Positions 57,313 through 64,000 of a stretch of 64,000 nucleotides of DNA are shown here, piece after piece; the first letter of the stretch is position 1, and the number at the start of each line of letters is the position of its first letter. The notes under the pieces are model-generated. The model had not been told where the DNA came from, did not search any database, and saw only the letters and a program-made list of their open reading frames with translations. The DNA lies in assembly GCA_964653685.1 (NCBI GenBank), contig CAZZHA010000001.1, positions 5,794 through 69,793 on the forward strand, given 5' to 3'. This DNA comes from an uncultured Gammaproteobacteria bacterium (GTDB taxonomy: Bacteria > Patescibacteriota > Microgenomatia > PFEM01 > JAHIFH01). The position numbers and the translations under genes were made by a program.

Positions 57313-57621
57313 TTACATCTTGATTTCAATATCAACGCCTGCGGGCATTTCGAGGTGCATTAAGGAGTCAATTGTTTTACTAGTTGGTTCAAGAATATCA
57401 ATTAATCTTTTATGAGTAAGAATTTGGAATTGTTCTCTGGCGTCTTTGTCAGTGTGGGGACTGGTGGTAACCGTAATCAGTTTTCGGTGGGTTGGTAAAG
57501 GCACAGGACCCACTACCTTGGCACCACTAGCTAAGGCTGTTTCTAAGATTTTTTCGCAACTTTCATCGATGACTCGATGATCATACGCTTTTAAACGTAC
57601 CCTTATTCTGCCTTTTGGCAT
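57313..57621 (-). CDS. rpsJ: 30S ribosomal protein S10
   Basis: [15 protein letters not shown] motif. Confidence 0.9.
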   Translation of the reverse strand: MPKGRIRVRLKAYDHRVIDESCEKILETALASGAKVVGPVPLPTHRKLITVTTSPHTDKDAREQFQILTHKRLIDILEPTSKTIDSLMHLEMPAGVDIEIKM

Positions 57622-57627
57622 TTTTTC

Positions 57628-58818
57628 TTAGGCAATAATTTTACTAATTACTCCCGCTCCGACAGTGTGGCCACCTTCGCGAATAGCAAAACGGAAGCCT
57701 TCCTCCATGGCAACCGGCTGAATAAGTTTGACTGTCATCTTGGCATTATCACCAGGCATGACCATTTCCACTCCTTTAGCGAGAGTGACTTCACCGGTTA
57801 CGTCTGTAGTTCGAACATAAAATTGAGGTTTGTAACCGCTAAAGAAAGGAGTGTGACGACCACCTTCTTCTTTGGTTAAGATATAAACTTCTGCCTCAAA
57901 TTCTTGATGAGGCTTGATGGTACCGGGCTTGGCTAAAACTTGGCCTCGCTCAACGTCTTTCTTTTCAATTCCTCGAAGGAGGATGCCGACGTTATCGCCA
58001 GCCTCACCTTCATCAAGAGTCTTGCGGAACATTTCAACACCAGTGACCGTGGTTTTTTGGGTATCGCGTAGACCGACAATTTCGATTTCATCACCAACTT
58101 TAATTTTACCTCGTTCGATTCTCCCGGTAACAACCGTCCCTCGACCTTTAATAGAGAAAACATCCTCAAGAGGCATCAAGAAAGGTTTATCTAAAGGCCG
58201 TTTAGGTGTCGGAATATTTTCATCAACCGCCTTCATCAGCTCAAGAACGGTTTTTTCTGCTTCAGCATCGCCCTCAATGGCCTTAGCGGCGGAACCTCGG
58301 ATAATCGCAATTTTGTCACCAGGGAATTTATATTTAGTTAAAAGTTCCCTGATTTCCATTTCAACCAGATCAAGCATCTCTTTGTCCTTAACCAAATCAA
58401 CTTTATTTAAGAAAACGACCATGGATGGCACATCAACTTGACGAGCTAAGAGAATGTGCTCTCGAGTTTGAGGCATTGGACCATCATCGGCGGCAACAAC
58501 AAGAATGGCACCATCCATTTGGGCAGCCCCAGTAATCATGTTTTTGATAAAGTCTTTGTGTCCGGGACAGTCAATGTGAGCATAGTGACGCTTTTCCGTC
58601 TCATACTCAATGTGGGAAATAGAAATTGTCAAACCTCGTTCTTTTTCTTCAGGAGCGTTATCAATCTGATCAAAGGGGATATATTTTGTCCCCGTATTGG
58701 CTTTCTCCAAAACCTTGGTAATGGCCGCGGTTAAAGTCGTCTTGCCATGGTCAACGTGACCAATGGTCCCAATATTAACGTGAGGTTTTTCTCTTTTAAA
58801 TTTTGTTTTTTCAGCCAT
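57628..58818 (-). CDS. tuf: elongation factor Tu
   Basis: [19 protein letters not shown] motifs. Confidence 0.95.
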   Translation of the reverse strand: MAEKTKFKREKPHVNIGTIGHVDHGKTTLTAAITKVLEKANTGTKYIPFDQIDNAPEEKERGLTISISHIEYETEKRHYAHIDCPGHKDFIKNMITGAAQMDGAILVVAADDGPMPQTREHILLARQVDVPSMVVFLNKVDLVKDKEMLDLVEMEIRELLTKYKFPGDKIAIIRGSAAKAIEGDAEAEKTVLELMKAVDENIPTPKRPLDKPFLMPLEDVFSIKGRGTVVTGRIERGKIKVGDEIEIVGLRDTQKTTVTGVEMFRKTLDEGEAGDNVGILLRGIEKKDVERGQVLAKPGTIKPHQEFEAEVYILTKEEGGRHTPFFSGYKPQFYVRTTDVTGEVTLAKGVEMVMPGDNAKMTVKLIQPVAMEEGFRFAIREGGHTVGAGVISKIIA

Positions 58819-58854
58819 TTTTTTCCTTAATATTATTTTAGCTAATTCTCGAGT

Positions 58855-58883
58855 ATTTTACAAGACTGTTTTTCCTTTTGCAA
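58855..58883 (-). promoter_or_regulatory. putative internal promoter for tuf (TTGCAA-17-TAAAAT)
   Basis: In the 72-nt fusA-tuf spacer, read on minus strand. Confidence 0.4.
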
Positions 58884-58890
58884 GCCCTAT

Positions 58891-61017
58891 TTATTTTTCT
58901 CTGCCAGAAGTAGCTCCAGCTTTAGTGGAAACAATTTTTTCCGTAATATTAGCCGGCACTTCTTGATAATGAGAAAATTCCATATAGGGATTGGCCCTAC
59001 CCTGAGTAATACTCCTCAAAGTGGTGGCATAACCTGAAACTTCGGCCAAAGGAATGAGAACCGTAATTACCCGAATATTGCCCCGTGCCTCTGTTTCCTG
59101 AATTTGAGCCCGCTTACTAGACAAATCGCCAATAACATCACCCATAAACTCATCAGGCGTAGTCACTTCTAATTTCATAATCGGTTCTAAGAGAACCAAA
59201 TTGGCTTGCTTGGCCGCCGCTTGAAAACCCATTGAACCAGCAATCTTAAAAGCAATATCTGAAGAATCAACTTCATGATAACTGCCGTCATAGACCGCCA
59301 CAGACACATCAGTCACCGGATAACCTACTAAAATTCCTTTATCCATCGCCTCCTTAACACCCTTTTCAATCGCCGGAATGTAAACAGAAGGAATGGCTGT
59401 TCCTCGAATTTCATTGGTGAACTTAAAGCCCTCACCTCGACCTAAAGGCTCCAGTCTAAGAAAACAATGACCATATTGACCTCGGCCACCTGATTGACGA
59501 ATATATTTACCTTCGCCTCTAGCCATCTGGGTAATTGTTTCCTTGTAGGCGACTTGGGGCTGTCCAGTCCTGGCTTCGACCCCAAACTCCCGCTTCATTC
59601 GGTCAACAATAATTTCCAGATGCAACTCACCCATACCAGAAATAATTGTCTGGCCAGTCTCCCGATCAGACTTAATTTGAAAAGTCGGATCTTCTTCAGA
59701 AAGACGATTAAGAGCATAACCAAGTTTTCCTTGGTCAGCCCGGGTTTTAGGTTCAATCGCAAGAGAAATGACCGGCTCAGGAAAAGTAATCGATTCTAAA
59801 ACAATCGGCTTGGCTTTATCACAAAGAGTATCACCCGTCGCCGCTTCTTTCAAACCAACAATGGCAATAATTTCTCCGGCTTCAGCCGTTTCAATTTGCT
59901 CTCGATTGTTGGCATGCATCAGCAGTAAACGCCCCACTCTTTCAGACCGTTTTTTGGTACTATTGTAAACTTCTTTACCGGCTTTTAATGTTCCCGAATA
60001 AATCCGAATATAAGTTAGTCTACCCACATGGGGGTCAGATTGAATTTTAAAGGCTAGAGCCGCAAAAGGGCCCTTAGGATCACAAGTTCTTTTTTCTTCC
60101 TCACCCGTTTCAGGGTTAGTCCCTTTAATGGCCGGAACATCAAGCGGATTGGGTAAAAAATCAACCACTCCATCTAAAATAGGTTGAACACCTTTATTAC
60201 GCAAGGAGGCTCCGGTATAAACCGGGACAAGTTGATTAGCGATGGTTGCCTGACGAATGCCTGTTTTTAATTCTTCAAGGCTAATTTCTTCACTCCGTAA
60301 AAATTTTTCTGTAAGATCTTCATTGGTTTCGGCCACTAATTCAACCAATTCTTCTCGATACTTTTTCGCTTGCTCAACTAGATTGGCGGGAATTTCTTTG
60401 GTTTCAAATTTCTCTCCGGTTTTATCCTTTTCTTCCCAAATCAGGGCTTTTTGATTGAGAACATCAATTACACCAACAAAATCTTTTTCACTACCAATCG
60501 GCATTGTAAGAACAATCGGCTTAGCTCCTAAACGATCTTTAATCATCCCCACTGTCCGTTCAAAGTTTGCTCCCAATTTATCCATCTTGTTAATGAAGCA
60601 AAGGCGGGGAACATGATAACCGTCAGCTTGGTGCCAAACTTTTTCTGACTGAGATTGAACCCCTTCCTCAGCATCAAAAACAACAATCCCGCCGTCTAAA
60701 ACTCTTAAAGAGCGTTCTACTTCAGCCGTAAAATCAATATGGCCGGGAGTATCAATAATATTAACTCGATAGTCACGCCAAAAAGCGGTTGTCGCTGCTG
60801 ACACAATCGTAATCCCCCGTTCCTTTTCTTGCTCCATCCAATCCATCTGGGTAGTACCTTCATCGATATCGCCGATTTTATAGCTCTTGCCAGTATAATA
60901 AAGGACCCGCTCAGTTGTGGTCGTTTTACCAGCATCAATATGGGCAATAATACCAATGTTCCGAACTTTTTCAATCGGGACTTTTCTTATGGTAACTGTT
61001 TCGTTTTTTTCGGCCAT
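58891..61017 (-). CDS. fusA: elongation factor G
   Basis: [21 protein letters not shown] motifs; domains II-V. Confidence 0.95.
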   Translation of the reverse strand: MAEKNETVTIRKVPIEKVRNIGIIAHIDAGKTTTTERVLYYTGKSYKIGDIDEGTTQMDWMEQEKERGITIVSAATTAFWRDYRVNIIDTPGHIDFTAEVERSLRVLDGGIVVFDAEEGVQSQSEKVWHQADGYHVPRLCFINKMDKLGANFERTVGMIKDRLGAKPIVLTMPIGSEKDFVGVIDVLNQKALIWEEKDKTGEKFETKEIPANLVEQAKKYREELVELVAETNEDLTEKFLRSEEISLEELKTGIRQATIANQLVPVYTGASLRNKGVQPILDGVVDFLPNPLDVPAIKGTNPETGEEEKRTCDPKGPFAALAFKIQSDPHVGRLTYIRIYSGTLKAGKEVYNSTKKRSERVGRLLLMHANNREQIETAEAGEIIAIVGLKEAATGDTLCDKAKPIVLESITFPEPVISLAIEPKTRADQGKLGYALNRLSEEDPTFQIKSDRETGQTIISGMGELHLEIIVDRMKREFGVEARTGQPQVAYKETITQMARGEGKYIRQSGGRGQYGHCFLRLEPLGRGEGFKFTNEIRGTAIPSVYIPAIEKGVKEAMDKGILVGYPVTDVSVAVYDGSYHEVDSSDIAFKIAGSMGFQAAAKQANLVLLEPIMKLEVTTPDEFMGDVIGDLSSKRAQIQETEARGNIRVITVLIPLAEVSGYATTLRSITQGRANPYMEFSHYQEVPANITEKIVSTKAGATSGREK

Positions 61018-61132
61018 CTTTCTGTCTTTATTTTATCAATTTTTAGGCAAATAAAAAACCGCCTCTGTCAAGAAGTAGGTTTGCTTCGAGTTTATTCTAA
61101 CAAAATCCTATTGATTACTCAAACGTAATGTC

Positions 61133-61489
61133 CTAATAACCTCGTTCCTTCCCTGAACTCCTTGTTTTCTCAAACAACTCTTGTTGAATCTCATCATCTT
61201 CTGTTTCGAAATGATGGTCGCTTGCAAAATCTCTTACTTCCATCATTCCAAACATGCCTGAACCATCAAAAACAACAAAAGTGCCATGTTGAGGTAATCT
61301 ACAATTACCTACGACCCTATTAGTTTGGTGGTGTTCAATGCAAAGCTCGGTTAAATCACCTTCAGCTCTGATAACCAGTCTATCCTTCATCCAAGCAACC
61401 ATCTCACTCCTTCTAAGGGAAAATGAACCTTCTATTTCGTCCCAACAATCCCGACAGATTGCCTTTGCTGTGGGTTTTCTAATCGACAT
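61133..61489 (-). CDS. hypothetical Cys-containing protein (118 aa)
   Basis: CRDCW...C...C; acidic tail; no family recognised. Confidence 0.35.
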   Translation of the reverse strand: MSIRKPTAKAICRDCWDEIEGSFSLRRSEMVAWMKDRLVIRAEGDLTELCIEHHQTNRVVGNCRLPQHGTFVVFDGSGMFGMMEVRDFASDHHFETEDDEIQQELFEKTRSSGKERGY

Positions 61490-61550
61490 AAACTAAAAAA
61501 TTGCTTTTGGGCAGGTAATAAAATAAAAATAATAGAATCCTGACTTCTAT

Positions 61551-62126
61551 TCAAAAACCTCTTTGTCGGTAAAGCTTAGGATCAATCACCTTTACCATAG
61601 CTTGAGTATCAAGAGTTTCATCTAAAAATTGGTTAATCTTTTTTACTTGACTCGCTGGCTTTTTCAAAACTTGATTATAGTTAATATAGATGACTTCAAT
61701 ATTGGGTTGCTTGCCCAACCATAATTTAACCTCTTTTAAATGCTTTTTGAATAAGGTAGCCATCTTTTTATCACTGGCTTTATTCACTGGTTTGCCTCTT
61801 CTTTTAAGCATTTGTCTTTGGGAAGCAAGAATCTCTTCCATCTTCCGTTGCATAAAAATTACTTTGTAATTGTAGTCTTTGGGTAAATATTTTAAGAATT
61901 CAGACACCATCTTAACGGTCTTACCTTGAACCTGTTTAAGCCAAGTTTTATCCCGCCTAATCTGTTTAACTTTTTCAAATTCATAATAACCTTTAGGGTT
62001 ATCCTCATCGGCCTTTCTCAGATTATCTGTCAAAACAGACATCCCACCGGCTTTCATCATCTTCATCATCATTGAGGTACCAGAACGAGGTAAACCAGAA
62101 ACAATCGTAACCGTTTTTTGTTTCAT
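61551..62126 (-). CDS. sulfotransferase-family protein
   Basis: 5'-PSB loop IVSGLPRSGTSMM resembles PRSGTT of PAPS-dependent sulfotransferases; roughly 190 aa. Confidence 0.45.
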   Translation of the reverse strand: MKQKTVTIVSGLPRSGTSMMMKMMKAGGMSVLTDNLRKADEDNPKGYYEFEKVKQIRRDKTWLKQVQGKTVKMVSEFLKYLPKDYNYKVIFMQRKMEEILASQRQMLKRRGKPVNKASDKKMATLFKKHLKEVKLWLGKQPNIEVIYINYNQVLKKPASQVKKINQFLDETLDTQAMVKVIDPKLYRQRGF

Positions 62127-62162
62127 TAAGTCAATTTTAGCAAACGTCGTGAATAAAAAAAG

Positions 62163-62639
62163 CTACCACCTGAAGTGAGCAAAGGCTTTATTAGCTTCAG
62201 CAATCTTATTAATTTCTTCTTTCTTAGCGACCGCGCCGCCTTCTTTTTCAGCCGCCTCGATTAACTCAACCGCTAACTTCTCATAAAAGTGATGGTATTC
62301 CTTACTAGGTCTTGCTTGGGCGGCCTGAATAAGCCAACGAATAGCCAATGATTCTCGCCGGTCACCTTTAACCGGTATTGGTACTTGGTAAGCAGCACCG
62401 CCAACCCGACGAGGTCGAACCTCCATTTGAGGTTTAACATTTTCCAAAGCTTGATGAAAAACTTCCAAAGGATTACTCTTGGTTTTTTCTTCAATAAGTT
62501 TAAAAGCCTGATAAACGTGTTTTTGAGCAACTGATTTCTTTCCCTGACGCATCGTCCGATTGATCAATTTGGTTACTAACCGGCTTTTGTAGATCTCATC
62601 AGGAATGACCGTCCTTTTTGGTGCTTTTTTACCTCTCAT
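62163..62639 (-). CDS. rpsG: 30S ribosomal protein S7 (start trimmed to MRGKKAP)
   Basis: S7 core. Confidence 0.9.
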   Translation of the reverse strand: MRGKKAPKRTVIPDEIYKSRLVTKLINRTMRQGKKSVAQKHVYQAFKLIEEKTKSNPLEVFHQALENVKPQMEVRPRRVGGAAYQVPIPVKGDRRESLAIRWLIQAAQARPSKEYHHFYEKLAVELIEAAEKEGGAVAKKEEINKIAEANKAFAHFRW

Positions 62640-63123
62640 TGTTTTCTCCTTTCTCTTCTTCTTTTTTCTCAGTTCTTTCTTCACTCTTTCCGCCACCAGC
62701 CGCTGGTGTAGCGGCGGCGCCCTTACGGGTACCATATTTGGATCGAGCCTTTTTTCTGTCCTCTACGCCAGCCGTATCAAATTTACCTCTAACCACATGA
62801 TATTTTACTCCTGGTAAATCTTTAACTCGACCACCTCTAACTAAAACAACCGCATGCTCAGCCAAATTATGGCCTTCACCAGCAATATAGGCGGTCACTT
62901 CTTTTTTATTAGAGAGCCTAACTCGAGCCACTTTTCTTAAAGCCGAGTTAGGTTTCTTAGGAGGCATTGTTTTGACATAAAGAACTACTCCTCGTTTAAA
63001 GGGATTGGTCACTTCTGTCATTCGCCTGTCTTTGGTATTAAAAGTTTTTCGCAAGGCAGCCGCTTTGACCTTTTTTCTTGTTTTCTTTCTGCCTTTACGA
63101 ATTAATTGACTGATTCTTGGCAT
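62629..63123 (-). CDS. rpsL: 30S ribosomal protein S12 (roughly 35-aa Gly/Glu-rich C-terminal extension overlapping rpsG start)
   Basis: [28 protein letters not shown] motifs. Confidence 0.9.
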   Translation of the reverse strand: MPRISQLIRKGRKKTRKKVKAAALRKTFNTKDRRMTEVTNPFKRGVVLYVKTMPPKKPNSALRKVARVRLSNKKEVTAYIAGEGHNLAEHAVVLVRGGRVKDLPGVKYHVVRGKFDTAGVEDRKKARSKYGTRKGAAATPAAGGGKSEERTEKKEEEKGENNER

Positions 63124-63167
63124 ATTTTTATTTTATCACGAATTTAGGTTCAAATAAAGGAGTTTTT

Positions 63168-64000
63168 TCACTCTTCAATCTTGGCTCGCTCCGGAGTCAC
63201 CGGAATTAAACGACCAATGATTACATTTTCTTTAAGCCCGAGCAACTTATCTTCTTTCCCTTCAACTGCGGCATCGGTCAAAACAATGGTGGTTCTTTCA
63301 AAAGAGGCAGCCGAAAGCCAGGATTCGGTGTAAATTGAAGAACGACTTATTCCCAGGATTACCACTTGAGCTGAGGCCGGCTCACCACCCTCAGCCAGTA
63401 CTTTTTCATTCTCTTCTTCAAAAGTAGTCCGATTAACAAACTGACCAGGCAATAAAGAAGTATCGCCTGAAGTTTCTATCCGAACTTTATCGCTCATTTT
63501 CTTCACAATCACCTCAAAATGCTTATCTTGAATCTGAATTCCTTGTGATTCATAAACCATCTGTAGCTCCTCAATCAAATAGGCCTGAGCAGCTTTTAGA
63601 CCTCTAACTTCTAACACTTCTCTTGTATCAAGCGATCCAGTCGCTAATTGAGTCCCCGCATCAACCAAGTCTTTATCATTAACATTAATTTCACTAACTG
63701 CTGGGATAAGATATTCTTTTTCTTCAGGAGGTTTAACACCAACTGTCTTAATTTTTATTCTATAACCTTCTTCTGTTTCCAAAACTTCAACCTTCCCAGC
63801 AATTTCGGCTAGGGGTGCCAAAATTTTGGGTTTTCTAGCTTCAAATAGCTCTTCAACTCTCGGCAAACCCTGAGTCACGTCAGAAACAGCAATCCCACCA
63901 AAATGATGAGTTCTTAAAGTCAGCTGAGTACCTGGTTCGCCAATTGATTGAGCTCCGATTACCCCTACTGGTGTCCCTATTTCTACCATAGTTTTAGTGG
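63168..64000 (-). CDS. rpoC: DNA-directed RNA polymerase subunit beta' (C-terminal part; continues beyond window)
   Basis: [18 protein letters not shown] motif. Confidence 0.9.
   Translation of the reverse strand, partial: TKTMVEIGTPVGVIGAQSIGEPGTQLTLRTHHFGGIAVSDVTQGLPRVEELFEARKPKILAPLAEIAGKVEVLETEEGYRIKIKTVGVKPPEEKEYLIPAVSEINVNDKDLVDAGTQLATGSLDTREVLEVRGLKAAQAYLIEELQMVYESQGIQIQDKHFEVIVKKMSDKVRIETSGDTSLLPGQFVNRTTFEEENEKVLAEGGEPASAQVVILGISRSSIYTESWLSAASFERTTIVLTDAAVEGKEDKLLGLKENVIIGRLIPVTPERAKIEE

Noticed and set aside
1-64000. Alternative genetic code (UGA recoded, as in some CPR such as Gracilibacteria)
   Set aside because: Conserved proteins (r-proteins, EF-Tu, RecA, SecY) terminate at expected lengths using TAA, TAG and TGA with no in-frame TGA read-through required, so the standard bacterial code fits.
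1-64000. CRISPR arrays or cas genes
   Set aside because: No regularly spaced direct repeats of 25-40 bp with unique spacers were seen; none of the ORFs resembles Cas proteins.

Overview
The window is AT-rich (roughly 38-40% GC), densely packed, and encodes mostly small proteins. The gene content looks like a reduced-genome bacterium: ribosomal proteins S9, L15, L17, S13, L3, S12 and others carry lineage-specific terminal extensions, L30 is missing between rpsE and rplO, and many core genes overlap or are translationally coupled. This is consistent with a Candidate Phyla Radiation (Patescibacteria-like) organism, but that is inference. The standard genetic code applies; UGA recoding was rejected.

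Main content by position:
- 1-1661: a two-component pair on the minus strand. The histidine kinase was found only by translating the minus strand myself, because it runs off the window edge.
- 1844-5971: pyrF-pyrE, a GH1 beta-glucosidase, and gltX.
- 7038-12826: a PBP5-like D,D-carboxypeptidase, aspS, recJ, cca, and an RNHCP-domain protein.
- 12829-15834: secF-secD, preceded by an AbrB/MazE-like 67-aa protein and a wHTH-nucleotidyltransferase fusion. yajC is absent.
- 15855-20459: DUF3048, DUF4446, DUF5679, a DUF1003-like protein, a cmk-like protein, and uppP.
- 20525-20822: a reduced RNase P RNA (rnpB) on the minus strand, recognised by eye from its P4 and 3'-end core, with a downstream terminator hairpin.
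- 20866-31773: an AI-2E transporter, miaA, an AlkD-like protein, a cupin, a MiaB-like methylthiotransferase, a MazG-like NTP pyrophosphatase, a three-gene ABC-2 exporter, HU, RNase Y, recX-recA, and tRNA-Pro(GGG).
- 32144-35103: a DUF5320-DUF134-(thioredoxin/CcdA)-(YibE/F-like) gene string behind a strong promoter.
- 35127-50505: a long ribosomal superoperon on the minus strand, rplC through rplQ, then rplM and rpsI. L36 (rpmJ) was found by hand between rpsM and infA.
- 57313-64000: rpsJ, tuf, fusA, rpsG, rpsL, and the 3' end of rpoC.

The most interesting region is a 6.8-kb accessory insertion that splits the S10 operon between rpsJ (57313-57621) and rplC (49642-50505). It carries eight small genes for secreted or membrane proteins and modification enzymes: a SAM-dependent methyltransferase, an EamA/SMR-like membrane protein, a GNAT acetyltransferase, a lamin-tail-domain plus FN3 surface protein, and several hypotheticals. 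Three of these genes are preceded by copies of a conserved motif of about 28 bp. In two copies the motif sits exactly 50-51 nt from an extended -10 element (TGATATAAT) that lies directly upstream of the start codon, so the mRNA would be leaderless. rplC has gained its own sigma70-type promoter plus a leader hairpin with a U-run.

A second, smaller insertion sits inside the str operon between rpsG and fusA. It contains a sulfotransferase-family gene and a Cys-containing 118-aa orphan.
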